From Octopus sinensis (taxonomy: Eukaryota), in assembly GCF_006345805.1 (NCBI RefSeq), contig NC_043001.1, positions 82,770,001 to 82,834,000 on the forward strand: a DNA stretch of 64,000 nt. The letters run 5' to 3'. Under the pieces are notes generated by a model, which saw nothing but the letters and a program-made list of their open reading frames with translations, was not told the DNA's origin and made no database searches. The position numbers and the translations under genes are program-made. Below, piece after piece: positions 41,262 through 55,314 of the stretch; position 1 is the stretch's first letter, and every line of letters starts with the position of its first letter.

Positions 41262-41854
41262 ACCACATTAACAATACCATCACACTCACTATCACCACCA
41301 CTGCTACTACTACAACCGCGTTGACGGCAACCATCACCACCACAATCACAACCACTACTACCACCATCACCACCACCACCACCACCATCACAACAACAAC
41401 AAGAAACGATCGCCAATTGCATCGCCACCATAAGAAAACCACAAACACAAGTACCACCACTACGGCTACCAGCCGCCATTGCCGTCACCACCAGCATCAT
41501 CTTCTCCACCATCACCACCACCAGTATTTCACCACCACTGTTAACACCGCCATCACTATTACCATCAATATCAGCACCACCACCACCACCTCCACCACTT
41601 CCACCACCACCATCAACAACAACAACAACAAAACCACCATCATCACCATCATCTTACTAACAGCAACAAACACAAGTACCACCGCCCACAAACCCCATCT
41701 CCATCACCATCACCTGTGTTTTAAATTGAAGTCCTACTGAACTGTTCAATGTCACCATAATTTAATACAGATGGATAGGACGGGTCACGGCTGGTACGTC
41801 TTTGGTCAGTCACTGCTCGATCGGTGCGGATCTAGGACGAAACAATAAATAACA

Positions 41855-42035
41855 ACGTGGTTTAGTGGTTAGGGTGTTGGACTCATGATCGCAAGATTGT
41901 GGTTTCGATTTCTGGACCGGGCGATTTGTTGTGTTCTTGAGTAAAACGTTTCATTTCATGCCGCTCTAGTCCACTCGGCTAGTAAAATATGAGTGATCCT
42001 GCGACAGAATGGCGTCTTGTCTATGGGTGAGTTTA
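41855..42035 (+). mobile_element. Old tRNA-derived SINE with CORE/V-like body
   Basis: gtggtttagtggttagggtgttggac...ttcgatt head; gttgtgttcttgagtaaaac...cctgcgacagaatggcgtc body; superfamily uncertain. Confidence 0.55.
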
Positions 42036-42285
42036 TACGCCGCAGAAAGAGGGAAACGGGAAAGTTAGATTGATTTAGTATACATAGCGTCCTCGTTTAT
42101 GGATCCGAATGTTGGAAAACAACCTAAAGTATTGAAAAGAAATTGGAGTTATTTCGAAATAAATGTTTACGAAAAATTTTGAAGGCATACTAGCCGAATA
42201 TGATCTCGAATAGCCAACTACATACACCAAAGCTAACGTGAAACCAATAAGAGAAACTATCGAAGCAACTATTGAAGAAACTATT

Positions 42286-42520
42286 AAGGCGGCGAGCTGG
42301 CAGAAACATTAGCACGCCGGGCGAAATGCGTAGCCGTATTTCGTCTGCCGCTACATTCTGAGTTCAAATTCCGCCGAGGTCGGCTTTGTCTTTCATCCTT
42401 TCGGGGTAGATAAATTAAGTACCAGTTACTCACTGGGGTTGATGTAATCGACCATATCCGTTTGTCTTTCCTTGTTTGTCCCCTCTGTGCGTAGCCCCTT
42501 GTGGGCAGTAAAGAAATAAG
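42286..42520 (+). mobile_element. Family A SINE, full length
   Basis: taaggcggcgagctggcagaaac...gggcagtaaagaaataag. Confidence 0.9.
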
Positions 42521-42539
42521 AAACTATTGAAGCAAAGTG

Positions 42540-42790
42540 ATGGAAATGAATGGGTGGAGTTTGTCGCCATAAATCGAATTCAATTGTCAGGATAATTTTG
42601 CAATGGATTCCACAAGGTAAAAGAAGACGTGGCCGATCAAAGGAAACGTGGTGGAGAACAATAACAAAAGATCTTAAAAATAGACGGTTAACAATGGAAC
42701 AAGCTGTCAAGGACGCTGTCAGTGTTGGAAGATGGAATAATCTTGCTATCGCCTCGAGTGCCACAAGGCACAATGAGAACCGAATGAATG
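42540..42790 (+). mobile_element. RTE-clade LINE 3' fragment
   Basis: ILQWIPQGKRRRGRSKETWWRT...AVSVGRWNNLAIA, a typical RTE C-terminus; gaat-repeat tail. Confidence 0.75.
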
Positions 42791-42854
42791 AATATTTAGA
42801 ATAATATGAATAATTTTATAGGAAATTTCTAAGAAAATATTTGTAGATTATGAA

Positions 42855-43285
42855 GTATATTTGTCACCTAAATGTGGCTATCTCTTAAGGGTCGATGCTG
42901 CTGTAGCTTGTAGCCCCAGGAAGATATCTCCTCCAGCTGGTAACTGACACACTGTGCCCTATCAGTATTCGCAAAGGGAAATCATTGTTCCCATCTCCAG
43001 CTTGACGTGATACACACGGACTCGAATTTCTGGGTATTGACCCATCATCAGCGTGTGACAACCACCGGTTGACGATGGTGGGTGGTTCTCAATGCAAATA
43101 TATTTACTTTTTCCAGTGACGAAAAATTACTGATCTCGAAAAAGTGGAAACAAGCGATAATAAATTTCTGAGGGCATAGATAGTATGTCACTAGCCAGCT
43201 GGAGGATATTTCTTCCTGAGGATAGAAGCTACAGTACTATCGACCCTTAGGGGTTAGCCACATTTAAGTGGAAAATATACTTCAC
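42855..43285. mobile_element. MITE with ~100 bp terminal inverted repeats
   Basis: aaatgtggctatctcttaagggtcgat...ccaggaagatatctcctccagctgg vs ccagctggaggatatttcttcctg...atcgacccttagggttagccacattta. Confidence 0.8.
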
Positions 43286-43409
43286 GATGTTGTGCAGCTA
43301 CTGTTTATAACTCGCTCAGAGATTTATTATTATTTGTAGATTAATTTGTAATATAGTTATTTACATAGCCAAATACTAGTTGAATGCTATATGTATATAG
43401 GGATTTTCT

Positions 43410-44150
43410 TATAGGGATTTTCTTAACGATCTAGTTTGCTATGCAGTGTTTCTTATCTTTAAATTTTCAGGTGCCGGAGTTTAGATTTGAGAGAGATGTG
43501 ACTTCAGGTAACTGGAGTGAAAATGAAAAGACCCCATCATTGAATCAAAAAGAATCGAATAGGTGGCGCATGTGGAGCGACTCGATTAACCCTACTGTAT
43601 TACTGGTAGCGATTTTTTTTTATCTATCACTGAAAATGACAGAAAAAGAGTGGCAACGTGATATTTGAACATGACACAATAGTGTAAGGAGAAAAAATCC
43701 AAGCGCTCTATCTAGGACATAGAGTATCCTCCTGGGGTTAAAATAGCAGTATTGTTTGTTCTTAAGGAACGCCCACGTTTAAGTGGCAATAAGCATTACT
43801 TCTTAGTATATATACTGTTTGTATCTCTCATAGGAATTTTCTTAACGATCTAGTTTGCTATACAGTGTTTCTTATCTTTAAATTTTCAGGTGTCGGAGTA
43901 TAGATTTGATAGAGATGTGACTATTATTTCTAGCAACTCGAGTGGAGATGAAGAGGCCTCATCTTTGAAGCGAGAGGAATCGAATGTGCATGTGGAGGGG
44001 ACCGATTTACTCCATTGTGTTACTTGTAGTGACTTTTTAAAATTTATCACAGAAAATGACTGAAAAAAACTGGCAAAATGAGATTTGAACATGGCACAGT
44101 GGTGTAAGAAGAAAAAATGAAGCACTCTATCCAGGACATAGAGTATTTAA
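43410..44150 (+). repeat. Diverged tandem duplication (~420 bp period)
   Basis: ttttcttaacgatctagtttgctat...ggacatagagtat occurs at 43415-43725 and 43835-44150. Confidence 0.85.
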
Positions 44151-44714
44151 TCGATATTCGAGCTTCTCAATATTCCACCCATCACCTGTAATCTTCACGC
44201 AAAACCTTAAAATAGATGCTTTTTATACACATCCACGCACATACACACGCTGACAAATTGTGCAGAGGCCCCTAAATGAAGTATAGCCCTTTGTTTACGA
44301 GCAACAAATGAGATATATAACATCGTTTGACCCCATCAAATATATAATTCAATATTTCGTCGTTTTTTCTACTTTCTTTATATTTTTGCAAATTTGTATT
44401 TGTTGCGTTTGACAAGAATTTTCTTTTAAAATTCAATATTTCTTTCTGTTCAATGATAACAAACACACACACACAAACCCACACATATCTATATTGTGTA
44501 TATATGAAATATATTATATGCAATATATATAAATATATACATATGTGTATATATATGCTATATATCATATACATAATATGTATTATATATATAATGTATA
44601 CACATATACGTGTACATATATACCGTATATCATATATACTATATAAATATGTACCATATATCATATATATTATATATATACCATATATCATATATTTTAT
44701 AGTAACACACACAC

Positions 44715-44760
<46 letters not shown>

Positions 44761-45048
44761 TATACATACTAACACACTTATAAATATGGGTGTATGTATA
44801 TGTATATGAACATATACGGTGTATATAGATACTCATTGAGTTCGTTTCTTTTGCCGCATCATTACAAATGCATACATACATACATACACATATATATATA
44901 TATATATATACACATACACATATATAAGTACATATACATATATGTGTGTATATACAAATGTATATATATATTTATGTGTCGGTATATATATATATATATA
45001 TATCAGATCTGCCAAAATCCATTCAAGTCAAGTCACTCTGGGAAAGAT

Positions 45049-45120
<72 letters not shown>

Positions 45121-45345
45121 CTTAGTTGCTTCCCCGATCTCAACGGGAGACAACCCTAACTCAGTCCAGCGTGATTCAACTGAAAACATACATCAACCAT
45201 TCACAATTCACTGCTTAAATAGCCATTGTTCTCCAGTTCCTCTTTCCCGTGTGTTTTCCCCTTACGTATGTTATTATTATTATTATCATATTATTTTATT
45301 ATTATTATTATATTATTATCATTATTATTATTATTATTATTATTA

Positions 45346-45408
<63 letters not shown>

Positions 45409-45530
45409 ATTATTATTATTATTATCATCATTATTATTATTATTACTGCTACTACTACTTTCTTTTTCCCATATTTTTTGTTTTGTTTGGGAGACAGCAA
45501 ACTAATAATAATAATAATAATAATAATAAC

Positions 45531-45571
<41 letters not shown>

Positions 45572-45859
45572 GGACAATGAAAGACGGCGTTTGAAAAACA
45601 ATATATGTTAAAATGGCTGAAATCTATGCAGATCATCCTGCAATCTTTTAGCTCACTCCTAATTCCATCTTTTTCTTTCAAATTCTGAGACGGATTCCAA
45701 CTCTGTAAAAAGAGTGCCAAACACGAGACAATTCTTTGGGAAACCGTTTTCTGTGCTGTCCATTCTTCGGAGTGATTCGCTTGTGAATAGCTTTCATTTT
45801 AAGAATTGATATATTCTTTGTTTTTTGTTTATTTGTTTGATTTTTTTCTTTTATTATTA

Positions 45860-45924
<65 letters not shown>

Positions 45925-46107
45925 TTGTTTTTTAATTCTTCGTGCAGAAATAATGGCTTCTGGGAATGACAAGAGAATAGAAAAAAAAAGAACCCTACCC
46001 ACCATCACAACCTTCATATCATCAACACTACAACCGCCGCCATCACAACTAAGGTAAAAGGGAAAATAACAACAACAAACAACTACAATAATAATAATAA
46101 TAATAAT

Positions 46108-46180
<73 letters not shown>

Positions 46181-46634
46181 GATAAATGAATCAATGAATG
46201 GAATAAAAGGCAAAACAAAATGAAAAGTAAAGATGTAAGTCTGGTTTGGTAGAGGGGGGGAGGTTAAGAGTTTGCGGTTGTGATGGTGGAGTTGATGTGG
46301 AATGTAGAAGCAATACTGCGGTTTGGAACTTGGTCTTTTATGCTCGGAAATACGAAGAAAAGAAAAAAGAAGGAAGAAATCGAAATATCGCCAAAATTTT
46401 CGATATGTTCGTTTGTGTCTGTCTACTTGTTAACGCTTCCCAGTTTGAAGAATATCGGGACAGTTCAAGGAATTTTTACTCTACAACAAAAGCAATTCAT
46501 TTCACTGTCTGTCTGTCTGTCTGTATGTCAGTCTGTTTGTCTACACATACATATGTATGTTTATAAATATATATATATGTAAATATATATATATATATAT
46601 ATATATACGTATTAATATACATATATATGCCTTC

Positions 46635-46725
<91 letters not shown>

Positions 46726-46954
46726 GTTAGCTAGCTAGCTAGCCACCAAGCTCTCTCCTCCGTCTCTCCTTTTTCTCTTCACTTTCTCTCTCTGTCCTCC
46801 GTCTCTCTCCCTCTCTCTCTCTCTCTATCTATCTATCTCTCTCTCTATATATATATGCATGTATATATATATATATATAAATGATATATATACACATATA
46901 TATACACATACACACACACATAAAATATATATATATATGTACATATATATATAG

Positions 46955-46990
<36 letters not shown>

Positions 46991-47306
46991 GTATATATGT
47001 ATGTGTTTGTGTGTGTGTGCATGTGTGTGAGTGTGTGCGTGTGCGTGTTTTCATTTGCAATTTAACTCTCAGATAAGATGTTTTGATGTGCTATAGTTCT
47101 CTGATAGTAGCTATTGTAAATATTATCTGTAAACTGTAGATTAATGGGTAACTCATTGATAAAAGATTATTTATATTATAGTAGTAGTCGTAGTGGTGGT
47201 AGTGATGGTGGTGGTGGTGGTGATAGTGATGATAGTTGTGGTGATGATGTTGATGGTGGCGGTTGTGGTAGTGGTGGCTGTCGTCGTCTTCATAGTAGTA
47301 GTAGCT

Positions 47307-47356
<50 letters not shown>

Positions 47357-47597
47357 CATTCCAATGTCTGTCGAAGTCCTGTGGCCTACGGAATGGTAAA
47401 AATTACAAACAGCAGGATTTAATCGTAAAATTTTTATTTTAATCAATAATCATAATTATTTAACCCCTATCTTCAAATTTTTTGGCCTTTCGCCTATGTA
47501 AAATATACTACTACTACTACTACTACTACTACACTACTACTACTACTACTAATAATAATAATAATATAATAATAATAATAATAATAATAATAGTAAT

Positions 47598-48465
47598 AAT
47601 GAAGTCAAGAAGCTCCAAACGATGCCTGGAGCCCACTACCTACGTACAGACACTGATCGCCAATACACGAAGAGAGCAAATAGAGGAAAGGGACTGATAA
47701 CTGTGGAAGACTGCGTGCGCATCGAACTCGAGAGCTTAATGAGATACCTAGCCCAAATAAGGAAACTTTACTAGTGACAGTTAAGAACGAGGGAGTTTTG
47801 AGAGAAGAGACTACACAATCAATTCCATGTAGCCACAACAGAAGTTGTTGGAAAAAGTAGGTGGGATTGGCTGATGAAAGGAAATCTAAAAAAAGAGACC
47901 GAGAGCACTATACTGGCAGCGCAGGACCAAGCTCTGGCCACAAACTGGAGGGTCATCCTGAGGAATGAGTGTCTCCGCTGTGCCGCATCTGCAATAAAGT
48001 GGATGAAGCAGAGTCGGAGACTAGCAAATCCTCTGGCATCTCTCAATCCGAACTGATCAGGTGCTAGAGTATAACAGACCGGTTCTAGTGATGGTAGACA
48101 AGGTACACCACATATGCTATGTAGTTAACGTTGTATGCCCCTTTGGCTCTCGAATATTCAAGAACGAAGGCGAAAGATAGATACCACTCTCTTAAGTGCG
48201 AAATAGCTCGGCTATGGAAAATGAAGATGAAGATAGAGCCAATTATTGTTGAGTCTTTGGGAACAGTATCAGAAGGCACCAAGAGGAATATAAAGGAAAC
48301 AGGAATAAAGTGCCTAGTAGAACTGTTACAAAAGGTTTGCCTCCTTGGTAGAAAGAATTAGATGAATGAAAAGAACGAATAGCATGGTACCGTAGGTTGC
48401 AGGTAGTAAGCCCGCTATTCATGCAAGTCTTCAGGAGCTCCAACAAAACCTGTGATAAAGAGAAA
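47598..48465 (+). mobile_element. Dong/R4-like LINE 3' fragment in (TAA)n
   Basis: GKGLITVEDCVRIE, WLMKGNLKKETESTILAAQDQAL, YHSLKCEIARLW...IIVESLG...LLQKVCLLG; (AAT)n on both sides. Confidence 0.85.
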
Positions 48466-48492
48466 ATAAATAAATAAATAATAATAATAATA

Positions 48493-48533
<41 letters not shown>

Positions 48534-48547
48534 TAATAATAATAATA

Positions 48548-48965
48548 CGATATGAAAAAACTTGATAGAAAAACTAGTAAGTTGTTGACGATGTATGGAG
48601 TCCCTCTATCTGAAAGCTGATATCAACCGGCTGTACTTGAGAAGAGAAGGTGGAAGAAGCTTAATAACAGTAGAAGTATGTGTACAGATGGAAAGAAAAA
48701 GTCTAGTAGAATATGTATAGAGCAGCGCAGGAAAACTACTAAAGTCTGTTAATAAAGCACAGGGGATGAAACGCGTAATTGGAGGAAAGGATATGAATGA
48801 AATACAAAGAGAGCATGTCAGACAGATCGAGAAGAAACCTCTACATGGCCAATTTTAGCGAGCCACCGAAGACGTTTTTGGAATAAAATCATGGGCTTGA
48901 TTAAAAAAGCGGCAATTAAAAAAAAACAGTAACAGAGAACCTAATTCTTGCAGCCTAAGATCCAG
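48548..48965 (+). mobile_element. Second Dong/R4-like LINE fragment directly after (AAT)n
   Basis: KLDRKTSKLLTMYG...KADINRLYLRREGGRSLITVE. Confidence 0.8.
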
Positions 48966-49910
48966 CGATAAAAACAAACAACTCGATCTGACAGACCCAA
49001 TGCTGTTTGTATATGTCCACATTATCACATTCGGAAAACTCAGTCGGTATCTGTCAGCCAGCTGGAAGCAACTGAGCTGGTCCGTGAGGTTTTTGCACCC
49101 TACTCTCATATCGACTAACACCACCTTATCCAAGCGTACATCCAAGATGGCGTTCCAATTGCTCACAAGCACTAAAGAGCGCGACGTCCAAGGGAAAACC
49201 TCCAAACGTTTGAAGAAGTCCGGCTACCCTGCCCAAGTCGGGTTGTACACAGTGACTAGTCTAAAAGCACCACTTTCACATGGAGACAACATGATCGACG
49301 CTTCCATTGTGTTGTTTACATACACGACATGTTGGGCTACTGTCGTTCTCTAATATGTTGGCCTGGCAGCTCTTAGTAGGTAGGCATTGATCTTGGGCTA
49401 CTACGATAAATCCTTCTGTCTCTGATTTCAACCCAAAAGACACTAATCATCCAGAAACACCCGCTTACCATCCGGGTCCTGGAAGATCGCCCGTACCTCG
49501 AAATCCAAACCTTTCCTAATCAGCTCTAGTACCCCACCTCCCATTCCAGGCCGACTAAGAGATGCAGAGACCTCAAAGTCGTTGTTGTACATTTTCTACT
49601 CGGTGTTATCTTTGTTGCTCACTGTGTCTATGATTTTCGTACCAGTGCTGGTTATGGTGGCGTCGGTGGTGGTAGGTTTGCTACTGCCACTGACGGTGGG
49701 GGTAAGGGTGACAGTATTCTCGCTAGTGCTCTTGTTGCATTTTGTTATTATTGTTCTCTTTCGTTGTTCCTGTGATGGTAATGGTGGTGTTGAAATATTT
49801 AGCATCGGGAAGGTAACCTCATACAATTCCCGTGTTGTGTTGTTGTTGCTGTTGTTACTGCTGCTGCTGCTCTCACTAACTTTTACAATTTGGTTGTTCT
49901 GTGAATAACT
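48966..49910 (-). mobile_element. Older Tx1-like LINE fragment (ORF1 tail and APE)
   Basis: TSRSLVLVSNWNAILD...GCKNLTDQLSCFQLADRYRLSFPN aligns to TSRPLLLVGDWNATLD...GCKCLRDLLRRFQLSDRYRLDHPN. Confidence 0.75.
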
Positions 49911-50869
49911 GGCTGTGCTTTTCAGAAGACGAAAACAATCCTCGCCGCCATCTTTCTTTTCTAAACAAAAATTCAGGAGCGTGTTTGCTAAAGAAGCCCA
50001 ATTTAGCCCAAAAGGACTACAGATGGAGAAAAACTAACCAGCTCTGTAAGATCCTGATTAGTTTATTTATAAAACGATAACAAATGTTCAATAAATAGCG
50101 TTGTGCAACAATAGAAATAATAACAAACTTATTGGAGGCATGTGCAATAAGTGTCGATAAGCGAACAACCACAACAAAAACAACAACAACAATAATAATA
50201 ATAATACAGTCACTGATTATTTGCCATACAGCAGTTTTCAATGGGTGAAAAAAAAAGTGTTACAAGGTGACAATTACGATGAACTGGATAGATCGATCAT
50301 TGACAATTTCCGATAGGTCATCTATGTTAAACAAAACTGCAAGTAAGAAATATGTTAATGTCAAAGTGTAACGTAGAAGTAAATGAATATGGATATCTGA
50401 AATTAGAGATAGAAAGAGGGCAAGAAAGAGTCAGAGACGTAGAAAGAGAGAGGAAGTGGGATAGAAAAGAAAAAAGAAAGAAAGAAACAACCAAACAAAC
50501 AAAAAAGAAGGAAGAAAGGAAAAGGCCCTATTAGTGGAGTCCACGATGTTGCAAATTTTCAGCGTCGGTTTCAGGCCTGCGGGTAACACATCTCGTGATT
50601 CACAATCTGTGAGTCATAGCCGCTTCCCTTCCCCTTCACTCAATCTCAGAGGGCTTGTAAAGGTCATGTGTACTGCCTTTCCTTTTCCGATTCTACTATG
50701 AGAAAAAAAAAATCAATTGGGTTGTTGGTGCTTTGTAAGGAAAACCACAGAATTCCCTGGTCTTTATGTTTAATAGAATAGGTTAATCTGATGGCTGAGT
50801 CTATCTCTCTGTTAATTCGAATAATGAAATTAATTTTGATAAAGTTTCTAACTTATTATTAGACATTAC

Positions 50870-52130
50870 TTTAAGACGGTGAGCTTGCGGACTCGTTAGC
50901 ACACCGGGTAAAATGCTCAGCGGCATTTCGTCTCTCTTTACGTTCTGAGTTCAAATTCCGCCAAGGTCGAGTTAGCCTTTTATCTTTTCGGGGTTGATAA
51001 AATAAATACTAGTCGAGCACTTGGGTCGATGTAATCGACTTATCTTAGCCCCGAACTTGCTGGCCTTGCGCCAAAATTTGAAACTATTATAAATGCAGCG
51101 AGCTAACAGAATCATTAGCGCGTCGGGCAAAATGCTCACCAGTATTTCGTCTGTTCTTACGTTCTGACTTCAAATCACACCGAGTCGACCTTGCCTTTCT
51201 TCTCTTCGGGGTGGATAAAATCAGTTCCAGTTGAGCACTGGGGGTGATGTAATGGACTAGCTCCACCAACCCTATTTCAGGACTTCTGCTTCTAGAAGAA
51301 AGAATTATTATACGGTACTACAGGCGGCGAGTTGGCAGAATCGTTTGCCTGCTGGACAAAATGCTTAACGGCATTTCGTCTTCCTGTACGTTCTGGGGTT
51401 CAAATTCAGCCGAGGTCGACTTTGTCTTTCATCCTTTAGTCAAGTACTAATATCGATGTAATCGACTTTCTTCATCACCCCGTCCAAAATTTCAGGCCTT
51501 GTGAAGGCGGCGATCTGGCAGAACTATTAGTGCGCCGGGCAAAATGTTTAGGGGTGTTACGATCTGAGTTCGAATTTTACCGAGGTCAACTTTGACTTTC
51601 ATCATTTCGAGGTCGATAAAATAAGTACCTGTTGAGCGCTGCAGTTGATGTTGTCGACAAGCCCCCCCCCTCGCGCCACATTACTAAATCAGTGAGGTGG
51701 CAGAATCGTTAGAACGACGGGAAAATATGCCATGAAGTATTTATTTCAGTTCTGAGTTCAAATATGACCGATGTCTACTTCGTCTTTCATCCTTTTGAGG
51801 TCTGTCAATTATCAGTCAAGTACTTAGGTCAATAGCATCAACAGACTACCTTTTCTCAATATTACTTGTCTGTGAAGGTGGCGGTTGGGCGAAACCATTA
51901 GCGCACCGGAAAAAATGTTTAGGGGCATTTCGTCAGTCTTTACGATCTGAGTTCGAACTTTGCCGAGGTCGACTTTGCCTTTCATCATTTCAAGGTCGAT
52001 AAAATAAGTACCTGTTGAACGCTGGAGTTGATGTAGCTGACATACTCTCCCCTCCACAAAAAAAGTTGCTGGCCTTATGCCAATGTTTGAAACCAATATT
52101 GCTGACCTTTTGCTTAAATTTGAAGCCATT
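50870..52130 (+). mobile_element. Run of six co-oriented family A SINEs
   Basis: Heads near 50873, 51095, 51322, 51503, 51692, 51875. Confidence 0.85.
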
Positions 52131-53354
52131 ATTATCGAATTATATTATTATAAAATTTCAGGACTTGTACCTATAATAAAAAGGATTAACATAGAATGCT
52201 GATTACAGCTACCAGTGTAATGGAAGTTATCTATTGCTAGATAGACTTAGTCTCGTGAGTCTTATGAGTGACGGACACAAAGAGAAAGAGAGAGAAGGGA
52301 GCGGTAGAAGAGAGAAGGATTAGCACAAGGTAAAATGAAGACAGCGCAAGGTGGTAAGGCTACAATCAATTGAATCCACTATTACTGCTATTTATTTTAT
52401 CTCCCCAAAAAAAGGAGAGTAAAGTTGATCCCCATTGTATCTAAATAAAGAACGTCAATTGCTGTCTCTGGTTGGCGATGGTCCATCATTGACAGGACCA
52501 AGGAAAGTCGAAATCACGTGATCTGATGGTCTCTGCGCTGGAGATGGCGGGGATGTAAAGACCCCAGTACTGGTTGTCAAGCGGTGATAAGTACAAAAGA
52601 TCTTTCCTGTTTAGCTGCCACTTTTCAACTTTTTCAATTTTTGTTCTAATTGATTTCATGTTTTATGTAATGATATAGTTTTGTATTGTAATTATTGATA
52701 TGAAATTCATTTTTGCCATAAACCAATAGATAAAGAGTTAATAGCTTTTAAAGTTTGCAAATTTTGGATAATTTTAACCAATCGAAAGCCACAGACATAC
52801 ATGTGCCTGTTTCCATAGTAACTAGCCAAACTGTAACCAAGCTGCTTATACAGGAGGTATGAGATGATCGCAAGATGTGCTAAAAATAATAGCTAAATAG
52901 TCCTTAAATCACGCACGAATTTCTTTCCTTTTTTTTTTGCATAATCTTATAAATTCTCGTGTGTAGAATACAAATTCACAAAAAATTCTCTGAAAATTTC
53001 AAAAAATAAATAACTTATGAGGGGATTATATAGCATACGTATAGCAGAATCCCAATAATATTTCATTTGATTACAGCTAACAACATATGCTGTCACGCAC
53101 AGAATGACAGCTTCCAAATCCTGTGTACTGACTGGGTAAAAATGAGCTAAATTTAAACCTCTGTAACTTTCTTTACCAATTTTTCTGAGAAAATTAAAAT
53201 ACATCATGAGATTCAGCGTGGAGATTTACTTTAATAGACCCAAATTTAAAAATTTTCACTAAATCTAAAAATTTCCTCAGCTGCAGCCAAAGAGAAGAGT
53301 TCCGGTACAAACATAGGCACAAACACACATGTACACACATACACGCACGCACAC

Positions 53355-53392
<38 letters not shown>

Positions 53393-53628
53393 CGTTGCTA
53401 TTATGCTAAAGTATCGTAAGTCCAAACGTTGCTTTTTCAGAAAACACCATTCCATATCAAAACCGTTGCACTACACTATGACAATATTTGATTATCTGAA
53501 GCAGCTGAAGATAGCAACGATATATATATATATATATATATATATATTCCTTAAAAATGTGACTGCGTGTGTACCGTTGGCGATTTTTTTCCTCTGTCCT
53601 CCCTTCTCTGGATCTTTCCTTCTCCTGC

Positions 53629-53663
53629 GTTTCTGACGAAGAGCTCTGCTCGAAACGTTAAAC
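53629..53663 (+). ncRNA. Minimal type I hammerhead ribozyme motif, canonical core
   Basis: GTTT-CTGACGA-A-GAGC-tct-GCTC-GAA-ACGT-T-AAAC within a TA-flanked element (53575-53765). Confidence 0.65.
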
Positions 53664-54109
53664 CCTCCTTCTTTCCTTCTTTCCTAAGCGTCCAATAATA
53701 CTATATTTGTTCCACGTCCTCGCGTTGTTGTGTTTTTTGGTGCTTTCTTGTTTGGATTAACTGTATATATATATATATTATTATATATATTATATTATAT
53801 TATATATATGAGGTGGTTCTTTCAATTTCTGTAAACAAAATCCACTCACAAGGTTTTGGTCGGCCCGACGCTATATTAGAAAGCACAAGGCGGCGAGCTG
53901 GCAGAATCGTTAGCACGCTGGGCGAAATGCTTCGCAGTATTTCGTCTGTCGATACGTTCTGAGTTCAATTTCTGAGTTCCGCTGAGGGCGACTTTGCTTT
54001 TCATCCTATCGGAGTCGATAAATTAAGTACTATCTCTCCTTTCTCAACTGTGGGTGAGAAATTGAGTTATCTTGAACATGTGTTAAATTTCTTAAACACT
54101 TTTGCATGT

Positions 54110-54690
54110 TTATGTAGGCATCTTAAGGCCTCTTCAGCCCGCTATGGAGTGATTTGTATCTCGATGTAAAGGTTTGGTACATTTCTTCTATTCATAACTT
54201 ACATCTATTTCCCCCTGTTCCATACGATTTAGCCCTACTATTTATCTCTCACTCTGTCATAAAGCTATGGTTCTTGTCTTGCGCTCTTCATTTTATTTCT
54301 ATCTCCAAATGAATTTAAATGATTTGCTAGTCTTTTGTTGAAAGTTAGCGAGCTAGATCCTATATAGCAGTACGTCCTTCCCTCAGATATGACCATGTAT
54401 CGATACACTACGTTCATTGTCAAACATGTAGAGTTTAAGGAGCATACTTTATTGCTAGCGCAATTACAGAGACCTAATTATTTGTTCATATTATCTATTG
54501 TATTGTTGTTCCTGCTACATGTTTCTGCTGTCCTCATTCCTACCGATCTACTATGTTTCCTAAGCTTTCTATCCATAGGTCTTTGTGGGCTTCTATTTCT
54601 AGCGATTTCCAGAAAATTATGCCCAGTTGCATACATAATTGGCAATATTCTGTACAGATAAAATACGTGCAGGTCGTCGTAACCCTAAAA
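54110..54690 (-). mobile_element. Decayed Penelope-like element, GIY-YIG region
   Basis: Minus-strand reading LCNCASNKVCSLNSTCLTMNVVYRYMVISEGRTYCYIGSSSLTFNKRLANHLNSF. Confidence 0.75.
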
Positions 54691-54785
54691 ATATGCTACT
54701 TGACATTGTAAAATAAAATAAGATAAACGGGGAGGATGTATCAGACGCCATATTCCCTATTGTTCCGATTGTTTCTTTACACACA

Positions 54786-54840
<55 letters not shown>

Positions 54841-55276
54841 GCATGTATATGTGTATATACTTATGTTTGTATGCACATGCGAGTGCCTGTATATCGACTA
54901 AAAACGCTTCAAGAATGTGCCCCAGCATGGTGGCAGTCTAATGGCTTGAACAAGTGAAAGAATAACACAAAAAAGATTATATTCTGTGGCGTCATACGGT
55001 GGTTTTGTTAATTAAAATATTATTTTTGTTTGGTTAATTAATGCATTTTAATCAATATTGTTTAGTGTAATTACGTGCGAACCAATAAATTTGTAAAATT
55101 AAAGTTTTTAGTACTATGGTCATTATAGATGTGATTTCACATTCCTACTTCAGATGATCTTAAGACCTGCTAGAAACAGAAGTAAAACCTCTTTCAAATT
55201 ACGTCGTACCGCTTTAAGTAGGGAAGGACACATTAGATAACGATGTCGTCGTAAATATTTTAGATATTATAGATAT

Positions 55277-55314
<38 letters not shown>

